This document shows positions 18,102 through 25,142 of a stretch of 25,889 nucleotides of DNA, piece after piece. A program made the translations under genes and the position numbers. Positions within the stretch are counted from its first letter, which is position 1; the number at the start of each line of letters is the position of its first letter. This stretch comes from a virus. Its lineage: Duplodnaviria; Caudoviricetes. The stretch is from positions 1-25,889 of IMG/VR virus record IMGVR_UViG_3300046779_001009, one strand, 5' to 3'. The notes under the pieces were generated by a model, which made no database searches, had not been told where the DNA came from, and saw only the letters and a program-made list of their open reading frames with translations.

Positions 18102-18659
18102 ATGAACATAGATGGCGCAAGTCCTGAGGAGTATTTTTTTTCTAGATCCAGAAAAAAGAAGTCTCCGAACTTTAAGGCCCTTAAGTCAAAAGCTATTGAC
18201 GAAGACATATTAGAGCAAGAAACAAAGACTGTCAAGGGCAACGCATATAGGCATACAAAAACTGGATACAGAAAAGATCTTGGCATGAACTTTAGATCTA
18301 ATTGGGAAGCCAATTTTTCCAGGATACTCAATGCTTATGAAATAGTTTTTGAGTTTGAACCAAAAGTTTTTACTTTTCCAATCAAACGAGGAACAAAAGG
18401 TTACGTTCCAGATTTCTATCTTCCCAAACATGACGAATGGATAGAAATCAAAGGATACCTTGATGATAAGAGTAAAATAAAACTAAAAAGGTTTAAAAGA
18501 TATTATCCTTTAGAGTTTGAAAAATTAACTTTTATCATAAGTAAGTACTCAAGCGACGCTAAGAATTTTGCAAAGCTGCTTGAAATTAAAAACGTAATCT
18601 TTTATGAAGACATAAAGAATACTTATATAGATAAAGTTCCCAATTGGGAAGGAAGTTAA
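18102..18659 (+). CDS. PD-(D/E)XK endonuclease (T7 endonuclease I / resolvase-like)
   Basis: FRSNWE, FEFEP, YVPDFYL and IEIKGY motifs. Confidence 0.8.
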   Translation: MNIDGASPEEYFFSRSRKKKSPNFKALKSKAIDEDILEQETKTVKGNAYRHTKTGYRKDLGMNFRSNWEANFSRILNAYEIVFEFEPKVFTFPIKRGTKGYVPDFYLPKHDEWIEIKGYLDDKSKIKLKRFKRYYPLEFEKLTFIISKYSSDAKNFAKLLEIKNVIFYEDIKNTYIDKVPNWEGS

Positions 18660-18660
18660 A

Positions 18661-19520
18661 ATGGCTAGTTACAAAGAGCAGTATTACTCTCTAGAAGAAG
18701 AAGAGATGCAGGCGCTAATTGCTTCTGCAAAAAAACGGAAACACAAAAGATTCAGAAGAGTTATTAAAAGTTTTTAATAATTTCCTTACAAAGTATGTCA
18801 CCATGTTATACGTTGGTAAGTATAACTTAGGAGACTATGATATAAGAAGATTTGTTTCTTTATTTATCAAAGATAATTTTACTAGATTTGCACTAATGAA
18901 AAACAAAATGAACTCACAACATTCAAAGGTTGTTTTTGAGGCGATGAATCGGAATTAATTACATGACCAAAAGGTACTGCACAGAAGAAGATGTCAGACA
19001 GACTGTAAATATGACATTTTTCCAATGTGTTCAAAGATATGAAAGAAAAGACTCTGATAAAGGACCAATACCATTCAGCGCATTCTTGTATAGCTATTTC
19101 TTCTACCTGCTAAAGAAAAATGTTGATACATTTTTAATTGATCAGCTGGGAAGAAAGTCTTTTGCAATACTAGATAATTCTGCTTCTGAAAACTCTGAAC
19201 AAGAAAGCGAAGGTCCGGGCATAAATATAGACACAATGGAGCACGCTATAAACGATCTTATGTTTGCAGAGCCCATTGACGAGTTTTGGGTTTTGGGAGA
19301 GACAGCCATGACACCGTTTGATGAGCTATCTGTTCAAGAAAGACAACTTTTAAAATGGAAGTATATTGACAAGCATAGGTCATCTGAGATAGCATTGAAG
19401 ATAACAGAGCATCCAAACACCGTTAGAGAGCACATGACTAAAATTAAGCAGAAGTTAAAAGATATAATTGAAAAGAATAACATGTACGACCTAGTTATAC
19501 CGATTGATATTGGTAATTAA
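18661..19520 (+). CDS. Sigma70-like transcription factor, about 285 aa, with two +1 frame changes (CGGA 18736 and CGGA 18950)
   Basis: ATG 18661 follows the upstream stop. The joined product reads MASYKEQYYSLEEEEMQALIASAKK-G-NTKDSEELLKVF...EAMN-G-INYMTKRY...EDVRQ...FSAFLYSY (region 2-like)...LSVQERQLLKWKY...SEIA...TVREH (region 4 HTH). Confidence 0.78.
18736..18739 (+). other. +1 frame-change site CGGA (sigma-like gene, site 1)
   Basis: gca aaa aaa CGG A aac: the zero frame stops soon after; the +1 frame is the 18719..18958 ORF. Confidence 0.8.
18950..18953 (+). other. +1 frame-change site CGGA (sigma-like gene, site 2)
   Basis: atg aat CGG A att: the zero frame reads CGG AAT TAA; the +1 frame reads GGA ATT AAT TAC ATG into the 18963 ORF. 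Confidence 0.8.
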
Positions 19521-19521
19521 A

Positions 19522-20037
19522 ATGGATAAAGAATCAGTAAACCAAATTTTGTCTGTTATGTCTAGTTTTTTAGAGCCACAACTAAAAGAAGTTATTAACT
19601 CTATAGCTAGTGGAGAATCGATTAAAAAATATTATATCGAAATACCCGACGCCAACGCTGTGGATTTAACCGTTGAAGATCTGGCTTCATTGGTAGCACG
19701 ATCTTCAAACGTATATGGAAGAGCAGCTAGATTCGCCGGCATTGCTAGAGCGCAATATAAGCTCCTAGAAGGTCAATACAAGAGAGTCTATAAAGCCAAT
19801 AGAGTTGGCAAGAATGAGTCTGAAAGAGAGGCTAACGCAATAGCCGCAGCCGATTCTGAGCATATGGCCCTTGTTGCTATGGAGGCCGTTGTAGAGCTTG
19901 CTGAGTCAATGGAATCTTCAGCACGAATTTCTTCAGAGTCAGCAAGAAAACTAATGGACAAGGTTCAGTCAATGCAGGTTGCGTCGTTCAGACAAGAAAA
20001 AGGTCAATTTTTAGAAGCAGATTTTAGGACATTTTAA
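19522..20037 (+). CDS. Hypothetical helical/coiled-coil protein
   Basis: ATG 19522 directly after the sigma-like stop; Ala/Glu/Arg-rich helical C-terminal half. Confidence 0.7.
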   Translation: MDKESVNQILSVMSSFLEPQLKEVINSIASGESIKKYYIEIPDANAVDLTVEDLASLVARSSNVYGRAARFAGIARAQYKLLEGQYKRVYKANRVGKNESEREANAIAAADSEHMALVAMEAVVELAESMESSARISSESARKLMDKVQSMQVASFRQEKGQFLEADFRTF

Positions 20038-20039
20038 TT

Positions 20040-20249
20040 ATGTATATTGCCTATTATAAATCAGTTAATTCGTCAAAAGAATTTTACACTCAAAAAAGAG
20101 AGAGCTTAGATTTTCCTACTCAGGTTCAGATGAACAACGAAAGATATATGTTAAGCTCGACATATATAGTTTCAGCTAAGACAATGTATGAAAAAATAAA
20201 AGCTAGAGCAAACGAGCTTGATATTCCTTTTAATGTAGAAATTAAATAA
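20040..20249 (+). CDS. Hypothetical protein
   Basis: 69 aa ORF with AGGA RBS. Confidence 0.65.
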   Translation: MYIAYYKSVNSSKEFYTQKRESLDFPTQVQMNNERYMLSSTYIVSAKTMYEKIKARANELDIPFNVEIK

Positions 20250-20251
20250 AG

Positions 20252-20689
20252 ATGAACATAGAAGTATTCTGCGATGGAGCGTCAAGAGGGCAAGGGCAGA
20301 AAAAGTTTGGCGAGGCTTCGTGTGCTACTGTTGTGTATAAAAATAGAAAAAAGGTAGCTCAATTTGCTAGGGGACTGGGACCAAGAACTAACAATGAAGC
20401 AGAGTATGAAGCAGTTATTGCCGGACTCCTAATTTGTTCTTTGTCTGATTTTGTTGATCCAATTATATATACTGATTCAGCTGTTGTAGCTAATCAAATA
20501 AATGGAAATTGGCAATGCAAAAATGAATCCCTAGTGCCACTACTCATGACAGTGCAGGACATAAGAGAAGAATATTCTTTTAGGGTTGTTCAAGTAAAAA
20601 GAGCCTTTGTATGGGAGCCAGATATGTTAGCAAATCAGTTCCTTGATCAATTAGAAGAAAAAAAGAACGCAATTAAAAAGATGAGATGA
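20252..20689 (+). CDS. rnhA: Ribonuclease HI
   Basis: DGASRG, TNNEAEYEA, YTDS.VVANQ and D.LAN catalytic carboxylate motifs. Confidence 0.9.
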   Translation: MNIEVFCDGASRGQGQKKFGEASCATVVYKNRKKVAQFARGLGPRTNNEAEYEAVIAGLLICSLSDFVDPIIYTDSAVVANQINGNWQCKNESLVPLLMTVQDIREEYSFRVVQVKRAFVWEPDMLANQFLDQLEEKKNAIKKMR

Positions 20690-20701
20690 TATAATAATAC
20701 T

Positions 20702-21487
20702 ATGAACATTGAACAATTTGATATAAACGAACCAATAATAATAGGTTTAGCTGGCAAAGCTGGCAGCGGAAAGACTTCTGTTGCAGAACAGATAGTACCA
20801 AAAGGTTCTCTTGAGATAACTAGAGAAGGAATAAAATGGGATCATATATTCTACGCCCTTCCTCTTTATGAAATGTCTTCTATTAGAAGAACAATAAAAG
20901 GAATCAACGAGAACAACAGACAGCTCTATGCAATACATGAGGCCCTATATGATGTATATGGTAGTAATCCGCTAGGAAATATACCGTCTTATGAGGATTT
21001 TGTTTCTAGAGTTTTTGAAATAAAAAATCTGTTCATAGAACCAGAAGGAGTAAAGCCAAGATCTTTTCTTCAAAAAGCTGGTGACATATGCAGAAAAGAT
21101 TTTGAAGATTGCTTTGCAAAATGGGGAGTATCAAAATCTTTCTCTTTATATAGGGAGTATATAAAGAAGACCAGTGAAGATGAAAGAACTCCTTACGCAG
21201 TTATAATTTCTGATGTTCGTTTTGTTAATGAGGCAGAAGCTATCTTAAAACAAAAAAACGGAGTTGTTGTATGCTTTGACGCATCGCAAGAAACACTTCA
21301 GGATAGAATCTTAAAAAGAGATGGCAAGTTCATGGATCCAATTTTGGCTTCACATAGATCTGAGCAAGAAATAGAAGCAGTAAAAAGCATTAGCTCGCTA
21401 GTGATAAATACTGATAATATGTCGATTGAAGATCAGACTTATGCTACAATGTCTTCATTAGGATTAGGGAAATTAACAAATGCCTAA
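20702..21487 (+). CDS. Deoxynucleoside monophosphate kinase (T4 gp1-like)
   Basis: IIGLAGKAGSGKT P-loop; PRSFLQ, ISDVRFVNE and HRSE motifs. Confidence 0.85.
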   Translation: MNIEQFDINEPIIIGLAGKAGSGKTSVAEQIVPKGSLEITREGIKWDHIFYALPLYEMSSIRRTIKGINENNRQLYAIHEALYDVYGSNPLGNIPSYEDFVSRVFEIKNLFIEPEGVKPRSFLQKAGDICRKDFEDCFAKWGVSKSFSLYREYIKKTSEDERTPYAVIISDVRFVNEAEAILKQKNGVVVCFDASQETLQDRILKRDGKFMDPILASHRSEQEIEAVKSISSLVINTDNMSIEDQTYATMSSLGLGKLTNA

Positions 21488-21800
21488 GATATCAAAAACA
21501 GCACAAGAGCAATCAACAGACTCACCAATAGAACAGGTAGTAAATTTAATGGCACAAGAAATATCAATCTCTACAAATCCAGTATTTATTTGTGGAGTTA
21601 ATAGAAAAATAAACATTGGCAACTTTGAAAACATAGACGTCTATGCTGGCGTTACCATACCGCTAGGGGACGTAAACCCTTCAGACAGAGAGGCTTTGGC
21701 CGAGGCAGTTAAGCAGGCTGCAATGGACGGTTTTTCTATGGTTTCCAGAGAAACAGGAGAGCGTTATACGATAATTAAAGATTCTCAACAAGGTAAATAA
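21480..21800 (+). CDS. Hypothetical protein
   Basis: 106 aa ORF overlapping the kinase stop. Confidence 0.7.
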   Translation: MPKISKTAQEQSTDSPIEQVVNLMAQEISISTNPVFICGVNRKINIGNFENIDVYAGVTIPLGDVNPSDREALAEAVKQAAMDGFSMVSRETGERYTIIKDSQQGK

Positions 21801-21849
21801 TGGGTTTTTATATCTACTATATGTTTGAAAAATTAAAAAGGAAGTTAAA

Positions 21850-22158
21850 ATGTTTAAAAAAATAGCTCTAAAAATTAAAAAAGTATTGTTTTCTTTTAAA
21901 AAGAAAAATACATCAGATCCAGCTTCTGCTGCTGTAAATGCTCTCATTGATAGCCTCGTATCTGAGGTTGAAGAGGTTGCAGCAATTGTTGATGAGTCAG
22001 TTTCTACAGTAACAGAAACTGTTAAAAAAGAAGCAGAAGAAGTGGCCTCTGTAATTGAGGAAAAAGTTCCCAAGAAAACAGCTGCACCTAAAAAGCAGGC
22101 AGCTAAAAAGCCAACAGGAACAGGCAAGCCAAAAGGCAGACCTAAGAAAAACGCTTAA
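21850..22158 (+). CDS. Protein with an acidic middle and a histone-H1-like Lys/Ala/Pro tail ending in an AT-hook-like motif
   Basis: PKKTAAPKKQAAKKP...KPKGRPKK; AAGGAAG RBS; terminator downstream. Confidence 0.7.
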   Translation: MFKKIALKIKKVLFSFKKKNTSDPASAAVNALIDSLVSEVEEVAAIVDESVSTVTETVKKEAEEVASVIEEKVPKKTAAPKKQAAKKPTGTGKPKGRPKKNA

Positions 22159-22166
22159 TATTTAGA

Positions 22167-22210
22167 ATAAAAAAGTTCCCCCAGCATTAGTTGGGGGGAT
22201 TTTTTTTATT
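22167..22210 (+). terminator. Intrinsic terminator
   Basis: GTTCCCCCAGC-atta-GTTGGGGGGAT followed by a long T tract and preceded by an A tract. Confidence 0.85.
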
Positions 22211-22283
22211 ACTATAATGTTTATGTCTTACGCAAAATTTCGCAAAATTACTAAGGGTAATGTTAAACCAAAGAGGAAACCAG

Positions 22284-22448
22284 ATGGCAAAGAAAAAGAC
22301 ACTGCGCCAAAAGAAAATAACCAAGGTAATGGATGAGTTTGGCAAAGGGACTTTACATTCTGGCAAAGGTGGACCTGTGGTCAAAAGCAGAAAGCAAGCA
22401 GTTGCAATAGCTATTTCTGTAGCCGCTAAAAGAAAAAAGAAAAAGTAA
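22284..22448 (+). CDS. Small basic protein, DUF6496-like
   Basis: KVMDEFGKGTLHSGKGGPVVKSRKQAVAIA pattern; ATG 22284 after GAGGA. Confidence 0.7.
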   Translation: MAKKKTLRQKKITKVMDEFGKGTLHSGKGGPVVKSRKQAVAIAISVAAKRKKKK

Positions 22449-22591
22449 TGGCGTTTAAAAAGAGCATCTATATAAGTGGTCCTCGTATGGGAACTAATAA
22501 TTCAATGTATGGAATAGACGCTTCTGTAGTAAATAAAAAGAAAAAGTCAAAATCTAAAGGAAATAAAAATGGCAGCAAAAAGAGATCCTAG
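22448..22591 (+). CDS. Small Lys-rich protein (47 aa)
   Basis: Hand translation MAFKKSIYISGPRMGTNNSMYGIDASVVNKKKKSKSKGNKNGSKKRS*; TAATG overlap. Confidence 0.6.
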   Translation: MAFKKSIYISGPRMGTNNSMYGIDASVVNKKKKSKSKGNKNGSKKRS

Positions 22592-22857
22592 ATTAAAGAG
22601 GGCTCGGAGTATCTGGTTTCAATAAACCCAAAAGAACACCAAGCCATCCAAAAAAGTCTCACATAGTGGTCGCTAAATCTGGTGACACAGTAAAGACCAT
22701 TAGATTTGGACAACAGGGTGTCTCTGGATCGCCTAAAAAGAAAGGCGAGTCAAAGTCTTATGCTGCAAGAAGAAAGTCTTTTAAAGCTCGTCACGCAAAG
22801 AATATAGCTAAAGGCAAGTTGAGCGCAGCTTATTGGGCAGACAGAGTGAAGTGGTAA
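22569..22857 (+). CDS. Small basic phage protein (95 aa) with a +1 frame change at CGGA 22605
   Basis: AAGGA RBS; MAAKRDPRLKRA-G-VSGFNKPKRTPSHPKKSHIVVAKSGDTVKTIRFGQQG...FKARHAKNI...AAYWADRVKW. The zero frame stops six codons after CGG. Confidence 0.8.
22605..22608 (+). other. +1 frame-change site CGGA in the small basic protein gene
   Basis: agg gct CGG A gta: the +1 frame is continuous with the 22666..22857 ORF. Confidence 0.85.
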
Positions 22858-22858
22858 T

Positions 22859-23125
22859 ATGGAAGCAATTACTGTTGCCATTATAGCTGCCGTTGGTGGC
22901 GTTCTAGCTGCTCTTGTACAAAAGGGTAGAGCAGAGAATAAAGCTGACCACGACGTTGTTGCTAGCATGCTGGTAACGGTTAAAGATGATATAATTAATT
23001 TACATCATAAAATAGATCACGTTGATGAACAAGTAGATAAAGTCGACGATAAATTAGATGGTCATATTGATTGGCACATGAAAAAAATTGAAAAAGAAAA
23101 ATCAAAGAAAAATAAAGGAGAATAA
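22859..23125 (+). CDS. Membrane-anchored coiled-coil protein (possibly lysis-associated)
   Basis: N-terminal hydrophobic helix AITVAIIAAVGGVLAALV, then heptad-like KIDHVDEQVDKVDDKLDGH. Confidence 0.6.
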   Translation: MEAITVAIIAAVGGVLAALVQKGRAENKADHDVVASMLVTVKDDIINLHHKIDHVDEQVDKVDDKLDGHIDWHMKKIEKEKSKKNKGE

Positions 23126-23126
23126 A

Positions 23127-23294
23127 ATGGCTTACGGAATGAAAAAAGAAAAAGGTATGGGCGCAAAGAAGATGGGCGCAGCAAAAAAGGGAGCTATGAA
23201 AAAAGGTGCAGCTAAATCAAAAGGCATGACAGCAGCACAAAAGAAGCTTCCCCCATTTATTCAGAAAGCTATAATGAAGAAAAAGGGTAAGTAA
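23127..23294 (+). CDS. Small Lys/Met/Gly/Ala-rich basic protein
   Basis: ATG 23127 after AAGGAG; low-complexity repeats GAKKMGAAKKGAMKKGAAK. Confidence 0.7.
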   Translation: MAYGMKKEKGMGAKKMGAAKKGAMKKGAAKSKGMTAAQKKLPPFIQKAIMKKKGK

Positions 23295-23296
23295 TT

Positions 23297-23512
23297 ATGG
23301 CTGCCAAGAAAAAGTCTGACAAGAAATGGATTCAGGGAGCAATTAAAAGACCAGGTGCTTTCACTGCTAAGGCTAAGAAAGCTGGAAAGTCTGTTGCTGG
23401 TATGGCTGCTGCCGTTACAAAGAATCCAGAGAAATACAGTAAAACAACTGTTCGTCAAGCTAATCTGGCAAAAACACTTAGAAAGATTTCAGCTAAGAAA
23501 AAGAAAAAGTAA
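23297..23512 (+). CDS. Small basic protein
   Basis: MAAKKK...WIQGAIKRPGAF...ANLAKTLRK; poly-Lys C-terminus. Confidence 0.75.
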   Translation: MAAKKKSDKKWIQGAIKRPGAFTAKAKKAGKSVAGMAAAVTKNPEKYSKTTVRQANLAKTLRKISAKKKKK

Positions 23513-23513
23513 T

Positions 23514-23693
23514 ATGGCTAAAGTAAATAAACCAACAAAACCAGCTCTTTGGTCTGCAGCTAAGTCTCAGGCAAAAGCAAAGTTTGATGTTTATCCATCT
23601 GCCTATGCAAATGCCTGGGCAGCAAAAAAGTACAAGGCAATGGGCGGTACTTGGAAGACTGTTTCTACCAAAAAGGCTGGAAAGAAAAAATAA
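23514..23693 (+). CDS. Small basic protein
   Basis: ATG 23514; KFDVYPSAYANAWAAKKYKAMGGTW. Confidence 0.75.
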   Translation: MAKVNKPTKPALWSAAKSQAKAKFDVYPSAYANAWAAKKYKAMGGTWKTVSTKKAGKKK

Positions 23694-23977
23694 TGGCCGG
23701 TCCTAAGGGTGTTGGGCTTACTAAATGGTTTGATCAAAAATGGGTCAACATAGGAGCTCCTAAGAAAAAAGGTAAGTACCAACCCTGCGGAACGTCTGGT
23801 GCCAATGGATCTGGCTATGCAAAATGCGTTCCAGTAGCTAAGGCTAGAGCCATGAGTGCTGCACAAAGAAAAAGCGCAGTGCAGAGAAAAAGACAGTCAG
23901 GAACTCCACAAAAAGGAGTTAAAGGACAGGCTCCTAAAAACGTTTCTACTTTTGTAAAGCGTAAAAAGAAAAAATAG
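23693..23977 (+). CDS. Small basic protein
   Basis: TAATG overlap at 23693; GLTKWFDQKWV...CG...YAKCVP; poly-Lys C-terminus. Confidence 0.75.
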   Translation: MAGPKGVGLTKWFDQKWVNIGAPKKKGKYQPCGTSGANGSGYAKCVPVAKARAMSAAQRKSAVQRKRQSGTPQKGVKGQAPKNVSTFVKRKKKK

Positions 23978-23981
23978 TTTA

Positions 23982-24191
23982 ATGTCAGAAGAAACTTTCA
24001 GCGGCTTCATGCCAATGATAAATAATATTAATATAACTCCTGAAATATCGATGATTAATACCGATGGGGAGTTGCTCAAAGCTCACACTTTTAGTATAAT
24101 TGTTCGTGACGGAACAGAGTATGTTTTTAGTATCGATACCAACGATCTAATGAAACTCTGTTTCTTAATAACAAAAGTTATTAATAGCTAG
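23982..24191 (+). CDS. Hypothetical protein
   Basis: 69 aa ORF in the operon. Confidence 0.6.
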   Translation: MSEETFSGFMPMINNINITPEISMINTDGELLKAHTFSIIVRDGTEYVFSIDTNDLMKLCFLITKVINS

Positions 24192-24205
24192 TTAAAGAAG
24201 GTCTC

Positions 24206-24445
24206 ATGAGCGAGCAAATGTGGACATGGCTTTTATTTGCCATGGAATTAATAGGGGTAGTTGGAAGCTATCTAGTTGGAAATAAGAAATGGTATGGACA
24301 TTTAATCGTTGCCTTGCATTCTTTTCCGTGGGTACTATACTCTATAGTGTTTGACAAGCCAGGATTTTTGGCTATGTGGGCTCTGTGGCAGTGGGTTCAC
24401 TGGAGAAATATGTTTAGATGGAGAAAAGATAGTGTCAAATCCTAA
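24206..24445 (+). CDS. Three-helix membrane protein, PnuC/SemiSWEET-like half transporter
   Basis: Trp-rich 79 aa protein: G.YLVGNKKWYG, WVLYS, GF and WRK pattern. Confidence 0.5.
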   Translation: MSEQMWTWLLFAMELIGVVGSYLVGNKKWYGHLIVALHSFPWVLYSIVFDKPGFLAMWALWQWVHWRNMFRWRKDSVKS

Positions 24446-25142
24446 AGCTTCCATAATTATTACTAGCTATAATCAACCAGAATATTTAAAGCTATGTATT
24501 GATTCTTGTATTAACCAAACTTATGAAAACATTGAGATCATAGTTGGTGACGATAATTCATCAGATGATGCGGTTTGGGATGTTATTAATAGTTATTCAG
24601 ATGAAAGAGTTATATCCTTTAATTCAAAAATATCTGACGAACAAAGACCACTAACAGCACGTTATGCTACACAAATAAATACGGCTGTTAAAGAATATTC
24701 ATCTGGTAAGTATCTTTTCTATTTACCAGATGATGATATTTTTTATCCAGACAAAGTAAGAATGCAGGTTGAGCACGCTGAAGAAACAGGCGTAGACGTA
24801 AACTACGCTGCACAGGATTTTATTGATGCTTCTGGAAGAGTAGCTGGAACTAGGTATGATGGTACTGGTGAAGTTTCTGGAAGAATACTTGACGATGGTC
24901 ACGGTATTCTAGATCATGGTCAAGTCATGAATACTCGCCAAGCTTATGATAATGTTGGCGGATGGGAAGATGATCCAGGAATGTGGGGTGGAGCAGATGC
25001 CTACTTCTGGAGTAGATTAAGTAGAGCTGGTTATAAATTCTATCCACTTCCTTTCTTGTGTTTATCAGCAAAAAGATACAGAGAACACTCTGTCCAATGG
25101 AATGTAGCACAAAATTTAATTCCATGGAAAAATAGTCGATGA
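24432..25142 (+). CDS. GT2 family glycosyltransferase
   Basis: GTG start 24432; SIIITSYN, CIDSCINQTY, GDDNSSD, YLPDDD and VGGW motifs. Confidence 0.9.
   Translation: MSNPKASIIITSYNQPEYLKLCIDSCINQTYENIEIIVGDDNSSDDAVWDVINSYSDERVISFNSKISDEQRPLTARYATQINTAVKEYSSGKYLFYLPDDDIFYPDKVRMQVEHAEETGVDVNYAAQDFIDASGRVAGTRYDGTGEVSGRILDDGHGILDHGQVMNTRQAYDNVGGWEDDPGMWGGADAYFWSRLSRAGYKFYPLPFLCLSAKRYREHSVQWNVAQNLIPWKNSR

Noticed and set aside
12893-19520. dnaE and the sigma-like gene as decaying pseudogenes
   Set aside because: No in-frame stops or motif loss apart from single-base shifts that all fall at one tetranucleotide.
23355-23513. Long N-terminal extensions in the ORF track (23355, also 4059, 23088, 23651, 24351)
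   Set aside because: They overlap upstream genes extensively; downstream starts with an RBS or stop-start coupling fit better.
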